Shown: positions 1 through 8,491, counted from the first letter of the stretch. The stretch: DNA of 64,000 nucleotides from Paratractidigestivibacter sp. (GCA_963656095.1 CAVKHS010000004.1:4931-68930), one strand, 5' to 3'. Notes: a model not told the origin generated them from the sequence alone. Numbers and translations: made by a program.

Positions 1-1174
1 CTTCTATGAGGTTGCCGTTTATGTCTCTTTGTCCTTTAACAGGTCGCCATTCATCACCGATGTTGGTTGTAATGTTTACAACCTTGAAAGGCGCAAGGAA
101 ACCATCTTCAATACCTTCCTTTAGGCTATATGTATAGATAGGCTCCCCAAAATAACTGATACTGGACTGGTATTTAGTTTCCTTTGGGGTTGCAGTCATA
201 CCCAGTTGAATTGCTCCTTCAAAGTATTCCAGTATTTCACGCCAGTTGCTATCATCTTTGGCACTTCCGCGATGGCACTCGTCAACGATGACCATATCAA
301 AGAAATCTGGTTTAAACAACTCCTTGTAGTTCTGTTTCCCTTCTTTCCCAATTAGCTGCTGGTAAAGAGAGAAATATACTTCGTATGCTAAGTGTCCACC
401 ATGTGTTTCAATGTCGCCCTGATAATCTACTTTATGGATTGTACTTGACAGGGGCTTAAAGTCTTGCTGAATAGACTGGTCAACCAAAACATTTCGGTCA
501 GCCAGATACAAGACTTTCTTTACTAAACCAGCTTTGAGAAGACGGTAAACTATTTGGAAAGCAGTATATGTCTTACCCGTTCCTGTCGCCATGACAAGCA
601 ACAAGCGGTTTCTACCTTGTGCAACCGCATTGACGGTACGGTTCACGGCGTTACGCTGGTAGTATCGAGGTGGGAAAATGTCTTGTCCTGTGCAGTACGG
701 CTGATTGATGATTTTCTTTTCTTCATCCGAGAAGCCTTTACCACCATTACTCTCAGTAAGGAATCGAGCATATAATTCTTCTTTCGTTGGAAAGGCATCC
801 ATCGAGAAAGAGCGTTCCTTTCCTGTTAGGAAATCATATTCTTGATAACCTTGGCCATTGGAACTGAAAGCAAAAGGAATATCCATCATTTGGGCATATT
901 CCTTTGCCTGTTGCATTCCAAATGAGACTGTATGATTTGCGTCCTTGGCTTCAACAATGGCAATGGGGGTGGCACGATTGTAATAAAGCATATAGTCTGC
1001 AAACTTAGCTTTACCACGAGCCACTAAATTTCCTCTAAGGTTAATCTTGCCATCTGTAAGTTTAACCTTAGTCTCCATAGTTATGTCTTCTACCGACCAT
1101 CCCTTTTGTAGTATGGATGGAGTGATGTACCGTAGTTTTATGTCTTCTTCAGACAGTGCCAGTATATTATCCAT
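1..1174 (-). CDS. hsdR: Type I restriction enzyme R subunit (HsdR), N-terminal ~390 aa; C-terminus lies beyond the left window edge
   Basis: Absent from the ORF track because no stop lies in the window. My minus-strand translation from the ATG (rc of 1172-1174) reads MDNILALSEEDIKLRYITPSILQKGW... It then shows SF2 helicase motif I LLVMATGTGKTYTAF, motif II FDMVIVDECHRGSA and motif III QLGMTATPKET, the HsdR layout. Confidence 0.85.
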   Translation of the reverse strand, partial: MDNILALSEEDIKLRYITPSILQKGWSVEDITMETKVKLTDGKINLRGNLVARGKAKFADYMLYYNRATPIAIVEAKDANHTVSFGMQQAKEYAQMMDIPFAFSSNGQGYQEYDFLTGKERSFSMDAFPTKEELYARFLTESNGGKGFSDEEKKIINQPYCTGQDIFPPRYYQRNAVNRTVNAVAQGRNRLLLVMATGTGKTYTAFQIVYRLLKAGLVKKVLYLADRNVLVDQSIQQDFKPLSSTIHKVDYQGDIETHGGHLAYEVYFSLYQQLIGKEGKQNYKELFKPDFFDMVIVDECHRGSAKDDSNWREILEYFEGAIQLGMTATPKETKYQSSISYFGEPIYTYSLKEGIEDGFLAPFKVVNITTNIGDEWRPVKGQRDINGNLIE

Positions 1175-1213
1175 ATGCAACTTCCGATAAGTGTATATTA
1201 TGGAAATATATTA

Positions 1214-1221
1214 CAAAGATA
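1214..1221 (-). promoter_or_regulatory. Candidate Bacteroidota -7 promoter box for hsdR
   Basis: Minus strand reads TATCTTTG (TAnnTTTG consensus), 40 nt upstream of the hsdR ATG. Confidence 0.4.
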
Positions 1222-1414
1222 CTTATTTTTTGCAAAGAAGAGTCCTTTGCATTCCTTTTTTATAGATATTTAATGCTGATTATTCAGAGAAATGACATTT
1301 TGCTTGAAACCAGACACCGTGTTCTTAAACTCACTGGTCACTCTTGGATAGAGTTCGGTCAGAGCATCTGCAAAAATGATAGTCACATCAACTTTTTCTT
1401 TCGAAAATCAATTC

Positions 1415-1549
1415 CAACAAATAATTCTCAATATTCTCAATATTCGTTTATATTCTTTATACGTCCGAAGGGCGTGCGTTAAAAGACCGAGGAGCATGAT
1501 TATATGTGCTCCCGTTTCTTTCTTCTTTAACGCTCCACTTTGTGGAATT
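1415..1549. repeat. Rearranged or partial copies of the small dispersed repeat family R (facing termini)
   Basis: AT-rich aatattc-type repeats, then ggcgtgcgttaaa (1471-1483) facing tttaacgctcc (1526-1536). These resemble the gttaacgctccgc / ggagtgttcaac termini of the copies at 22415-22556 and 46669-46772. Confidence 0.5.
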
Positions 1550-1953
1550 CCGGCACAGCGGATATTTTCAGTGGATGGTGGTGTGAGGATACATAGATCG
1601 AACGTTTGCGTTAAGCCACATGAGCAGAGCTAAGCAGCTTGATCTCTGTCATGGCAAGAAGACGAAGGATGAAATCCAAGGTCAGTTCCCTCAAGAGGAA
1701 TGAGAACAGGCATAGACGTTTACCACCTGAAGATAGTAGGAAAATCATGGTCAGTCTTTTGCTCCTAATAGAGCAATGGGACAGAAGCAATGGGTATCAA
1801 GCCTGTCCGTGACTATTTTCCTTGTCTTATGGGATGGAAGGGTGACTCTAAATTTTTTTTTGAGTGATTTATAGTGACACGTAGGCGATATCACATACAA
1901 GCCATCTTGGATTCCTCCAACCACCATCCCACGGAAAATATCCGCTGCGCCGG
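1550..1953. repeat. Element of 404 bp bounded by ~41-nt imperfect inverted repeats (arms 1550-1590 and 1911-1953)
   Basis: Left arm is ccggcacagcggatattttcagtggatggtggtgtgaggat. The reverse complement of the right arm is ccggcgcagcggatattttccgtgggatggtggttggaggaat. About 35 of 41 positions pair. The 320-bp interior has no ORF of 60 aa or more. Confidence 0.7.
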
Positions 1954-2054
1954 TATAAGTGAATGACTCCTTGGTGTGCGACTGCTCTGCGGCTATTATG
2001 TCGCTTGGCGAAAAGAATGTGTTGATATAAAAGAGTAGCTAACCCTTCTTTTCG

Positions 2055-4601
2055 TTACGTTTTTGAAGTACCTTTCAGCGTCATTGTGCTGTCGCTCTTG
2101 ATGTGTACATCTCTCTGCGGATACGGTATCTCGATCTGATGATCGTTGAGCGTGTTGTACAGAGCCTCGTAGATCTCACCCGTGGCGTAGATCTGCTTGC
2201 GAGAATCTACCCATGCGAGCACCTTGAAGTCGATGGAGTTGTCGCCAAAGTTGACGAAGACCGTATTGATATATTTGATGTAGTTCTTTCGCTCGATGCG
2301 CTTTACTGCCGCAGCGATGAGCTCTTTCACCTCAGCAGCATTGGTACCGTAAGCTACGTCGACGGGGATGACAGCGAGCTCGTAGCCGTGGTTCTTTGTC
2401 AGGTTCTTATAGTTCTTCGTGAAGAGTTGCGAGTTTTGGAACGAGATAATACTGCCGTCGAGGGCTTCAATCATCGTTGAGGTGTAGGAGATGTTGCGTA
2501 CCGTGCCGCGCGTGCCGTCGATGCTGACATAGTCGCCCACGCGGATGCGGCCTGCCATCAGCGAGATGCCGTAGTAGATATTCTCCAGGATGTCCTTCAT
2601 AGCGAAACCGATACCTGTGGACAGACCGGCGGAGATTGCCACGATCCACGAATTGTCGATGTTGAAGATCTTCATCGAGATCAACAGCCAGATGCCCCAG
2701 ACAAATACCTGAATGACGTTGCGCCACATGGCCGTACGGCTGATCACAGCCTGCGGATCCTCGCGGCGGTTCTCCTCGGCGGCGCGGTCGTGCTCGCTCT
2801 GCGCAAAGTGGTGGTGGAGCAGGTTGAGCGACGTGTGGCTGATATAGGAGAAGAGATAGAAGAGGATCACCACCTGCACGGCTTTGAAGATGGAGAAGGT
2901 GAAGTTTTTCGTGTCGATCAGTCGCATGCTGAAGATTTGTAGCGTGGTGTCGCTGAGGTTGAACACGTCAGCCGCCCAATAGATCGACAGAATGATGGAC
3001 AGTGCACCGGAAATCGGAAGCAGGGCATAGTAGAAGAAACGGAAGAGCCACGCGCGCATGATCGACGTGTCCTTGTCGAAGAAGCGATGGCGGGGATTGT
3101 TGCCGTAGCCCTTGAGCAGCGATGACACGCAGGTGATCGTCAGGATACAGGTCAGCTGCATCGTCCACCATATTAGGGCCTCGACAGAGAGCAGTGTGTA
3201 GCCGACGAGGGAGGCCAACACGCTGAAGACAAACACGATGAGCGACATCGTGGTGTAGAACACGTCGCTCTTGGGCAACCGCTTCTGATAGTGCTTCACC
3301 ACGCGCCATTGCCACACAGCGCAGATGAGCAGCATCGGGGGAAAGATCAGGTTGACGAGAGTGTTCGGTATGAGGATGATGCGGAAACCAATGACCAGGA
3401 AGCACACCGTCAGCACGGGGGCGTAGATGCGCAGTCCGTTTTTGATCTGTACGCCATCAAGTCGGATGAGCAGCGAGAGAAGGATGGCGGCCATCAGCCA
3501 CGCAAACTCCATGAGTAGACCGGTAGCCATGACAAAGAAGTTCTGAGCCACGGCCTGACGCAGCAAGCCCAGCATGAGTGCAAAGGTGATTACCGTCGAT
3601 GTGGCGATGATCGTGTGGCGTTTGGCGGTGAACGAGGCTTTGGTGTGGATCATCTCCAAATTGTCAGTATCCTCTCCAGATGGTTGCTTGGAACAGTCAG
3701 ATGCCGATGAAGCTTGGATGCTCGCCTTGCGCTTGTCGAACCAGTGGAAGAGGAAGTCGATTTTTCCGTGCTTGACGAGATAGGTGAAGATGAAGCCGAT
3801 GATGAGGTAGTTCAGGCCTACGGCGATCAGCACACCGATGAACAGTGCGATGAAGAAGCCTAAGATGACTCTTCCGTCCCATTCTGAGAGCGCATGATGT
3901 ATCGGCCGGTATTTCATCAGCACAGAGGTGAGCGTGAGATTGTATTCCTTGCTGAGATTGTGAAGGATGGCGATATAGTTCTCGCCACCATTGTTGAAGA
4001 TGCTCCGCTGTATCTCGCCGTAGCGCATGTTGGCATAGTCATTGAGGCTCTTGAGACCTTGCTCGGTTTGGTTATACAGCGTGATGTATTGCTTCATTTG
4101 GTTGTTGTTGTCGGTCAGGGTGCGTCGGATGTTGATGGCGAGGGTCAGACAGACGTTGCGGTCGATCTTGGCCTTGGGCGTGAGTGCGGCAATGTACATG
4201 TTACTCAGGTCGTTGATCAGACTGTCATAACGGCTGACCTCGGTATTGGTGTTGGTAATATAGTCACGGAAGGGTGCCGCGTTGTTGCGGAACTGCTTAT
4301 ATTGTTCCGTGGCTGCGTGGCAGGCGTAGGTAAGATCAAAGATATTGCCCTCCTTTTGAGAATAGAGCATCAGTGCGTTTTGCTGGCTTTGATTGCCCAC
4401 TGTGATCAGTTCCTTGACAACCATCTGCTGCTGGAGCCGCAGGTCATTCTGCTGTTTGTCGAGGTCGTGGCGGTAGGTGTTGAGCTCTTGACGCAAGATG
4501 GACAGCGAACTGCTGATGTCGCGCTCCTTGAGCACGGCATGGCTGGGTAATGCCATGAGCAGTAACACTGTGAGGATGAGGCAATGGATATATTTCTGCA
4601 T
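2055..4601 (-). CDS. Mechanosensitive ion channel family protein (MscS/MscK-like with a long N-terminal periplasmic and multi-TM extension)
   Basis: The C-terminal part reads GLSTGIGFAMKDILENIYYGISLMAGRIRVGDYVSIDGTRGTVRNISYTSTMIEALDGSIISFQNSQLF, an MscS pore-helix plus beta-domain signature. I prefer the ATG at 4601 (MQKYIHCLILTVLLLMALPSHA signal peptide). The track start at 4625 is GTG and overlaps the -7 box. Confidence 0.85.
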   Translation of the reverse strand: MQKYIHCLILTVLLLMALPSHAVLKERDISSSLSILRQELNTYRHDLDKQQNDLRLQQQMVVKELITVGNQSQQNALMLYSQKEGNIFDLTYACHAATEQYKQFRNNAAPFRDYITNTNTEVSRYDSLINDLSNMYIAALTPKAKIDRNVCLTLAINIRRTLTDNNNQMKQYITLYNQTEQGLKSLNDYANMRYGEIQRSIFNNGGENYIAILHNLSKEYNLTLTSVLMKYRPIHHALSEWDGRVILGFFIALFIGVLIAVGLNYLIIGFIFTYLVKHGKIDFLFHWFDKRKASIQASSASDCSKQPSGEDTDNLEMIHTKASFTAKRHTIIATSTVITFALMLGLLRQAVAQNFFVMATGLLMEFAWLMAAILLSLLIRLDGVQIKNGLRIYAPVLTVCFLVIGFRIILIPNTLVNLIFPPMLLICAVWQWRVVKHYQKRLPKSDVFYTTMSLIVFVFSVLASLVGYTLLSVEALIWWTMQLTCILTITCVSSLLKGYGNNPRHRFFDKDTSIMRAWLFRFFYYALLPISGALSIILSIYWAADVFNLSDTTLQIFSMRLIDTKNFTFSIFKAVQVVILFYLFSYISHTSLNLLHHHFAQSEHDRAAEENRREDPQAVISRTAMWRNVIQVFVWGIWLLISMKIFNIDNSWIVAISAGLSTGIGFAMKDILENIYYGISLMAGRIRVGDYVSIDGTRGTVRNISYTSTMIEALDGSIISFQNSQLFTKNYKNLTKNHGYELAVIPVDVAYGTNAAEVKELIAAAVKRIERKNYIKYINTVFVNFGDNSIDFKVLAWVDSRKQIYATGEIYEALYNTLNDHQIEIPYPQRDVHIKSDSTMTLKGTSKT

Positions 4602-4624
4602 ATTCGATCGTGTGTATTGTCGCA

Positions 4625-4632
4625 CAAAGGTA
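4625..4632 (-). promoter_or_regulatory. Candidate -7 promoter box for the MscS-like gene
   Basis: Minus strand reads TACCTTTG, 24 nt upstream of the ATG at 4601. Confidence 0.45.
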
Positions 4633-5369
4633 TAAAAAGTAACTGTATGGAGACATTTTGGTGTGGTTAAAGAAAGTTAACAAGGTGACAACTTTGGAGT
4701 TTTTTTAGTATTTTTGTGCTCGAAGATTTGAATACAATATTGAGTTTACAGGATTACGTTTGTTACTTTGATGTACAGCCCTATTTGGAATTCCTATATG
4801 CCGGCGTAATTCTTCAATAGGATCCCAGATAACTCAATAGCCGGCAGGGGGTGGCATTTGTAGTCCACCCCCTTTATTTACCCTTGATTTTTATGGACGA
4901 AGAGTGGCGTGCAAGGATGGGGAGCTGCATGAAGGGGCGTGGAACGTGGGACGGCGGTGATACAGCCACTGGTAATAGCCCCCGGTATTCTAATGCAAGG
5001 AACAATAAAGGATGAGCGGCAAAGTTGCTTGTGATAGGCGTTAGAAGTACATGCGTCTCACGCGCGTATTATAATAAGGAGTAGGACAAGGAGTTTGTAA
5101 GGTGCAGAACTCAGTTGTATATAAGGTGTGTAGTCAAGGATGGAGCGAAAAAGAAAGGAAGAAGAGAGGGATTGAGGGCCGTAGGACAGAGGCGCAGACG
5201 GTGGGAACAATGCAAGAGGCGGCTTTGAAGACAGGAACAAGAAGGGAGAATGTTATGGTTAACTTTTGTTTGCAGTTTATAAAGTATTGACTATCAGTTG
5301 ATTTCAAAAAAGTTACAAGTTAGACTTAAAAAAGTTGCTAAAAAAGGAACAACGTATTGAAAAAATGCG

Positions 5370-5377
5370 TACCTTTG
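5370..5377 (+). promoter_or_regulatory. Candidate -7 promoter box for the small lipoprotein gene
   Basis: TACCTTTG, 53 nt upstream of the ATG at 5430. Confidence 0.45.
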
Positions 5378-5429
5378 CAGCGTTGTTAATAAACAAATGA
5401 TTGTTTTACAGATTTAAAAAGCAAAGAAA

Positions 5430-5615
5430 ATGAAGAAATTAGTTTTTATGTTCGTAGCTATCGCAGCTATGTCTTTCGCATCTTGTGGTAATAAGAACCA
5501 GAGCGCTGCTCCTGCAACTGACTCTGACACAACAGCAGTTGTTGACACTGACAGCGCTGCTGCTCCTGCAGACTCAGCTGCTGCTCCTGCAGACTCAGCT
5601 GCTGCTCAGAAGTAA
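5430..5615 (+). CDS. Small lipoprotein (61 aa) with a tandem AAAPADS repeat
   Basis: Lipoprotein signal MKKLVFMFVAIAAMSFASC. It has its own promoter box upstream and an intrinsic terminator downstream. The mature part is low-complexity (SAAAPADSAAAPADSAAAQK). Confidence 0.6.
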   Translation: MKKLVFMFVAIAAMSFASCGNKNQSAAPATDSDTTAVVDTDSAAAPADSAAAPADSAAAQK

Positions 5616-5646
5616 TCGTTAGCTCGAACTGAAAAATGAGAGAATG

Positions 5647-5677
5647 CGCCCGAGGCTATAGCCCCGGGCGTTTTTTT
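5647..5677 (+). terminator. Rho-independent terminator after the small lipoprotein gene
   Basis: cgcccgaggc-tata-gccccgggcg forms a 10-bp GC-rich stem with one mismatch, followed by TTTTTTT (5671-5677). Confidence 0.7.
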
Positions 5678-6472
5678 GCTTTATCCCATTGCTGCCCTCG
5701 GCCTGCAGCCTTCGTGACGGGTATGCGGCCCTCGGACATGATCTCGTCAAAGTGCAGTGATATTGTGGAAGCACACGTCGCACATGTATGTGCTCTTTTG
5801 ACATGTACGACGTTCATGGTTGCCAGTTTGCTCCCAAAAGCTTGATGCGTATCAACTTTTAAGGGTAAAAGCAAACAATCGGCTGATACATTGTCTCTCT
5901 TTCCTTCTTTGGCAATACCTTTGCAATATAAATAGAGAACAGAAAACATGAGGAAGGAGTACTAAGACATGGTAACGATTATGATTGTCGTGACAGCTTT
6001 CATCGCTATGATTGCACAGGCTGTCACCTTCATCAATGACTTGAGAAAAGACTAAAGCGAGAAGTCAGAACCTTCGTGTTCGGTGCGCCTGAAAGGCAAT
6101 AGGTTGTTGAAGACCTCCTTCAAAGGCCGTCGTGAGAAAGCTTAGAAACAAAGTTAGGCCTCTCATTGACCATTTCCCATTCTTTGGGATCGGTTGGTGA
6201 GAGGCCTAATGTGTGCTGATGCTATGGCATTGTCATGGTGTTTTACGTTGTGTCGTCATAGGAACTAGCCTTGCTGATTTAATAAATTCAAGGTAGAATA
6301 TCCTCGTAGTATTTGCTGTTAAACAACTTTTATCCATCAGATTTGTATTCGTCACTTTGTCTTCTTCAAAGGATGATATTGCCCTAAAGTAGTGATATTT
6401 GCTTTATAAATCTGTGTCATGACATAAAAATATAAAGCGAATGATGGTGCTTGAAAGAAAAATTTAAGATAA

Positions 6473-6880
6473 ACGAATCTTTACAAAATGGCATCACCGC
6501 GGAGTCGTGATCTAGAGAGCGAGAAAACTTGAAAATGAGAAAAAACAAAGATGAGTCATCGATTTTTTCCGGCTTATGTTGCCAAAGTGCCTTTCTGATA
6601 CTATCAGAAAGGCTTTCTGAACTGGTCAAAGAGCCTTTCTGACCATGTCATCTTACCGAGATGATAGCATCAGAAAGGCTTTCTGATAGGCAACATCGAC
6701 AAAATTTCATGGTAAAATTACTGTTTTCTTGGAGGGAAAAATCTCTGTGTGCTTGTATTACTCTGTATATCAATTATTTATGAAACATCTCTCGAAAATT
6801 GCAAAATTGGGAGCGACATAGTGGTTGGTTCAGAAAATTGCAAGGAGAAGGGCGGAAAAATGTCAGTTTACTCAACAAAG
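6473..6880 (-). repeat. Copy A of a ~405-bp structured intergenic element (family S), inverted relative to copies B and C
   Basis: Collinear with 22957-23362 and 47724-48127. The 5' module is the rc of 6861-6880 (tgtcagtttactcaacaaag), with caattttgcaattttcg at offset ~72. The 3' module has gctctctagat at offset ~361, then ggtgatg...ttttgtaaa. The core consists of tcagaaagg/cctttctga palindromes. Confidence 0.7.
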
Positions 6881-7199
6881 AAGATGGAAGACGATATACG
6901 TCAAGAGATCGTCTTGTTAGCTCATGCAACAGTATCTGTTTGGAGAATCGCCTTTCCCAAGCAAACAATAACTGACTCACACTAATTTTCTGTCAAGGTG
7001 CTCTTGAATATTGATACTTTTCTTTTATCAATAATTTGAGAACTAAGGAAATCCCTGCGCTTCACGGGGAATTCTTACTTTGTTTACGCCAAGGCGCAAT
7101 ATGGTGAACAGTTCTTTTCTCTTTCCTGTTCGTTTGTTCGTTTGCAGCTTGCTCATATTATCCATATAACTCTGTGTACTTTATAAGGCGATCCCCTTT

Positions 7200-7240
7200 T
7201 TCATGTCCTCTGCGTGAGAGATATTCGCTGGACAGTTATT
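7200..7240 (+). repeat. Upstream member of a ~40-bp direct repeat flanking ald
   Basis: gtcctctgcgtgagagatattcgctggacagttatt matches gtcctc[cgtgtctct]gtgtgagagataatcgctgaacagttatt at 8677-8726. Shorter relatives (cgtgtgagata / gagacacagag) occur near 46590 and 31840. Confidence 0.6.
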
Positions 7241-7270
7241 AGGTGAGATAAATGAGTTAAATATGCTAAA

Positions 7271-7310
7271 AAGCGATTTGCGAATGATTCAACATATTCG
7301 TAAATCGCTT
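7271..7310. promoter_or_regulatory. 15-bp inverted repeat (operator- or attenuator-like) abutting the ald promoter box
   Basis: aagcgatttgcgaat (7271-7285) and attcgtaaatcgctt (7296-7310) are separated by 10 nt, with 14 of 15 positions complementary. The right arm ends at the first base of the TATTTTTG box. Confidence 0.5.
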
Positions 7311-7317
7311 ATTTTTG
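7310..7317 (+). promoter_or_regulatory. Candidate -7 promoter box for ald
   Basis: TATTTTTG, 68 nt upstream of the ATG at 7385. Confidence 0.45.
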
Positions 7318-7384
7318 TAAATGGAATGACGAAAGTCATGAAGTGAGTTCTCAACAATATATTTTCCTTAATGTCTAATGTCCT

Positions 7385-8491
7385 ATGATGAGAATTGGTA
7401 TTCCAAAGGAGATTAAGCAAGGTGAGAGTCGTGTAGGCATGACTCCCGCTGGTGTCGCCGAGTTGATCAAACACGGTCATAAAGTCTTCGTACAGCATAC
7501 AGCTGGAGAGGGTAGCGGTTTCCCCGATGCAGCATATGTGCACGTGGGTGCAGAGATACTGCCCACCATCGAGGATGTCTATGCCCAGTCGGAGATGATC
7601 ATCAAGGTTAAGGAACCTATCGAACTGGAGTATCCGCTGATCCGTAAAGACCAGTTGGTTTACACCTACTTCCATTTTGCCAGCGACCGGCCGTTGACCG
7701 AGGCAATGATCAAGAGTGGTGCCGTGTGTCTGGCTTACGAGACGGTGGAGGAAGCAGACCACAGTCTGCCGTTGCTACGCCCGATGAGTGAGGTAGCCGG
7801 ACGCATGGCTGTTCTCAATGGAGCCTATTATCTTCAGAAGACGAAGGGCGGAAAAGGCAAGCTCATCAGTGGCGTGCCCGGCGTGAAACCGACGAAAGTG
7901 CTTGTCCTCGGCGGTGGTACTGTCGGTGAGGCCGCCGCACGTATGGCGGCAGGTATGGGCGCTGATGTCATGATCACGGACATCTCTCTGCCCCGTCTGC
8001 GTCAGTTGAGCATCGAGTTGCCGGCTAATGTGACGACACTCTACTCTTCTGAGCAAAACATTCGGCAGGAGTTAAGAGATGCAGATATCATTATCGGCTC
8101 GGTGCTTGTCCCCGGTGATAAGACACCGCATTTGATCACACACGACATGCTCAGCCTGATGGAGCCAGGAACGGTGTTGGTGGATGTAGCCATCGACCAG
8201 GGAGGCTGCTTCGAGACATCTCATCCGACGACACACGCCGAACCGGTTTATACCGTAGACGGCATCGTGCATTACTGCGTTGCGAATATCCCTGGTGCCG
8301 TACCAAACACATCGACATTGGCACTGACCAATGCTACATTGAAATACGCTTTGCAGTTAGCTGATAAGGGCTGGCGCAAAGCTTGCGAAGATAATCCTGC
8401 CCTGCGCAAAGGTCTGAACATTGTTGAAGGCAAGGTGGTGTTTAAATCGGTCGCTGATGTGTGGGGGTTGAAATATGAGCAACTCGCCTAA
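7385..8491 (+). CDS. ald: Alanine dehydrogenase
   Basis: MRIGIPKEIKQGESRVGMTPAGVAELIKHGHKVFVQ..., a Rossmann VLVLGGGTVGEAAARMAAGMGADV motif, and a length of 368 aa fit the Ald family. Confidence 0.93.
   Translation: MMRIGIPKEIKQGESRVGMTPAGVAELIKHGHKVFVQHTAGEGSGFPDAAYVHVGAEILPTIEDVYAQSEMIIKVKEPIELEYPLIRKDQLVYTYFHFASDRPLTEAMIKSGAVCLAYETVEEADHSLPLLRPMSEVAGRMAVLNGAYYLQKTKGGKGKLISGVPGVKPTKVLVLGGGTVGEAAARMAAGMGADVMITDISLPRLRQLSIELPANVTTLYSSEQNIRQELRDADIIIGSVLVPGDKTPHLITHDMLSLMEPGTVLVDVAIDQGGCFETSHPTTHAEPVYTVDGIVHYCVANIPGAVPNTSTLALTNATLKYALQLADKGWRKACEDNPALRKGLNIVEGKVVFKSVADVWGLKYEQLA

Noticed and set aside
1156-1633. ORFs 1156-1482 (108 aa) and 1376-1633 (85 aa) upstream of hsdR
   Set aside because: Both give low-complexity, Phe/Ile/Ser-rich translations that run through the hsdR promoter region and the repeat termini. 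They have no motif and no start context.
5058-5290. 60-62-aa ORFs inside the purine-rich tract
   Set aside because: The translations are low-complexity (poly-Ser/Leu/Pro or Arg/Lys/Glu/Gly) and simply reflect the purine/pyrimidine skew.
6749-6985. 78-aa ORF in family S copy A that shares the peptide GGKMSVY.T.K with ORF 22878-23177 in copy B, which could suggest a conserved small protein
   Set aside because: The similarity stops exactly where the DNA repeat ends, and the two translations diverge completely afterwards. Copy C has no equivalent ORF. The shared residues come from conserved non-coding DNA.
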